A DNA stretch of 64,000 nucleotides from assembly GCA_030141605.1 (NCBI GenBank), contig JAQGDQ010000093.1, positions 62,001 to 126,000 of the forward strand, in the 5' to 3' direction. Shown one piece after another: positions 1-64,000 of this stretch. Origin of the DNA: Tubiluchus corallicola (lineage: Eukaryota; Animalia; Priapulida). Each line of letters starts with the position of its first letter. Positions within the stretch are counted from its first letter, which is position 1. A program made the position numbers and the translations under genes. The notes beneath the pieces are model-generated. The model had not been told where the DNA came from and made no database searches. It worked only from the letters and a program-made list of their open reading frames with translations.

Positions 1-449
1 TGCTAGCATTAGCGCATGATAAACGTACCTGCTTATAAACAAAACGGTACTTAACATGATTGTTTTGCACACATAGCACACAATAGAGAAGAAAAGATGA
101 TATAAAAGTAGGAAAGTAGGCTCTTTTGGCACATACAAATGTCTTATTTAAAGTACGTGAAGGAAAAATGTTGAGTCAATTATGCGAAATTATTTGAGTC
201 AATTAACGACAGTTTTTATGTATATATGAATAGAAGTTGCTCGTACCAGGCATTTTGAGTCAATTAATCGATGCCTACTGGATTATGCAATCACGTGTAT
301 AATCTAGTTATGCATGTATTCCTAAGTAATTTACACTGTTCTGTTTGTTCAACAAAAACAACACAATACAACTCAACTTTTTTGCTGTTACACGCACAAC
401 ACATACAACAAAACATGGTCCAATCTTAAACTATAGGTCAAAAGAATGT

Positions 450-740
450 ACTATTTAAAATACTGAAAGGGAACATACTATTTTTTTCAGAAAAGAGTTA
501 CGTGAAAGAATTATTGCCACACAAACACAGTTTTGCATACGCGCCACTAGTTCTTCACTGTTCCATGCATTTCGACATTTGCTAGTTAGACGGGCATTAG
601 TGCCTGCACTTCGGAAATGCATTACACAAAACAGGTACTGTACTTCTCAATTCAGATGTGTTAGTTTGTGACGAACTACACACGTTTGACAGCTCATGCG
701 TGAGCACAGTGGCAAATTTGAAATTTGAATTTTTATCTTA
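450..740. repeat. Dispersed repeat; inverted copy at about 38310-38565, diverged copy at about 29480-29720
   Basis: ctcatgcgtgagcac...aaatttgaatttttatctt is the reverse complement of aagataaaaattgaaattt...gtgctcacacatgag at 38312 onward; the alignment continues for about 250 bp. Confidence 0.7.
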
Positions 741-1069
741 AAACTTGCCTAGTTCTACTACAACACACTAAATATCTTACAGTAGCACTGTACTTCAATT
801 TTCGCTTTCTCAAACACGTGGAACACGCTCGTGGAATATTTTTACTGTTGAAAATTATGTTAGCTTGTGATGTCATCAATAGTTGGGCTCGCCCGCCGTT
901 AATTATTTAATTATCAGAAATGCTTTCCCAGTATTAATTGTGTTAAAATATATACTTTTTATTGGACTTGAAAATGGGGACCCAGTATGTGAAAAATCAT
1001 CCTGTCTTGCTTGAAATTAATTTTGCTACCAGGACATTTTCATCTGTAATTATTCAAGCACGCATCTAC

Positions 1070-63556
<62,487 letters not shown>

Positions 63557-64000
63557 CTGAAACAAAGACATGTACAAATATAAAGTTCAAAATGATTATT
63601 AGTTACTAAACAAAATAAGTGGCCTATTACATGCAAATCGTTGCAAACCAGGCAAATAAGCCAACTAGATATAGATCCACTCGAGCAGATGGATCAATTT
63701 GTGCTGTCTGGTAAAAATAATTCTTATACTAACCCTTTCACTACGTGGTTGCTTTTTAACTGTGCCACATTGACTTTTGCACATTTGACAATAATTTCTT
63801 GTGGTGTGTTACCAAAACAGAATCTTGTAAATAAACAAATAATTGTTCGTTATTAAGTAGTAATATTAACTATTAGTTTTATTTTTACACATGCACACAC
63901 ACATACGAGCACACATACATGAATTCACGCACACGCACACACGTGCACACAATCATTAATAAGCATGTACTTATATTTAGTTTTCACAACAGACACAATA

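Overview
AT-rich animal (invertebrate-like) genomic DNA, not prokaryotic. The minus strand carries eight internal exons of a FANCD2 ortholog (63475-63556, 62210-62308, 60763-60836, 5107-5366, 4157-4272, 3580-3912, 2197-2328, 1070-1201). They splice in frame, and two of the introns appear to be GC-AG. One FANCD2 intron (5367-60762, about 55.4 kb, versus 0.2-1.4 kb for the other six) holds a whole candidate chemosensory cluster on the opposite strand. The cluster has six intact three-exon gustatory-receptor-like (GR/GRL, 7TM ion channel) genes, all with the TYxxxxxQF signature, and three intronless class A GPCRs. Two of the GPCRs are unusual paralogs (N2.50/D7.49 swap) that bracket the GR array. 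Spacers contain many MITEs, dispersed repeats, minisatellites and a probable tRNA-derived SINE. The taxon cannot be fixed from the sequence alone. All homology calls come from motif recognition, not database searches.
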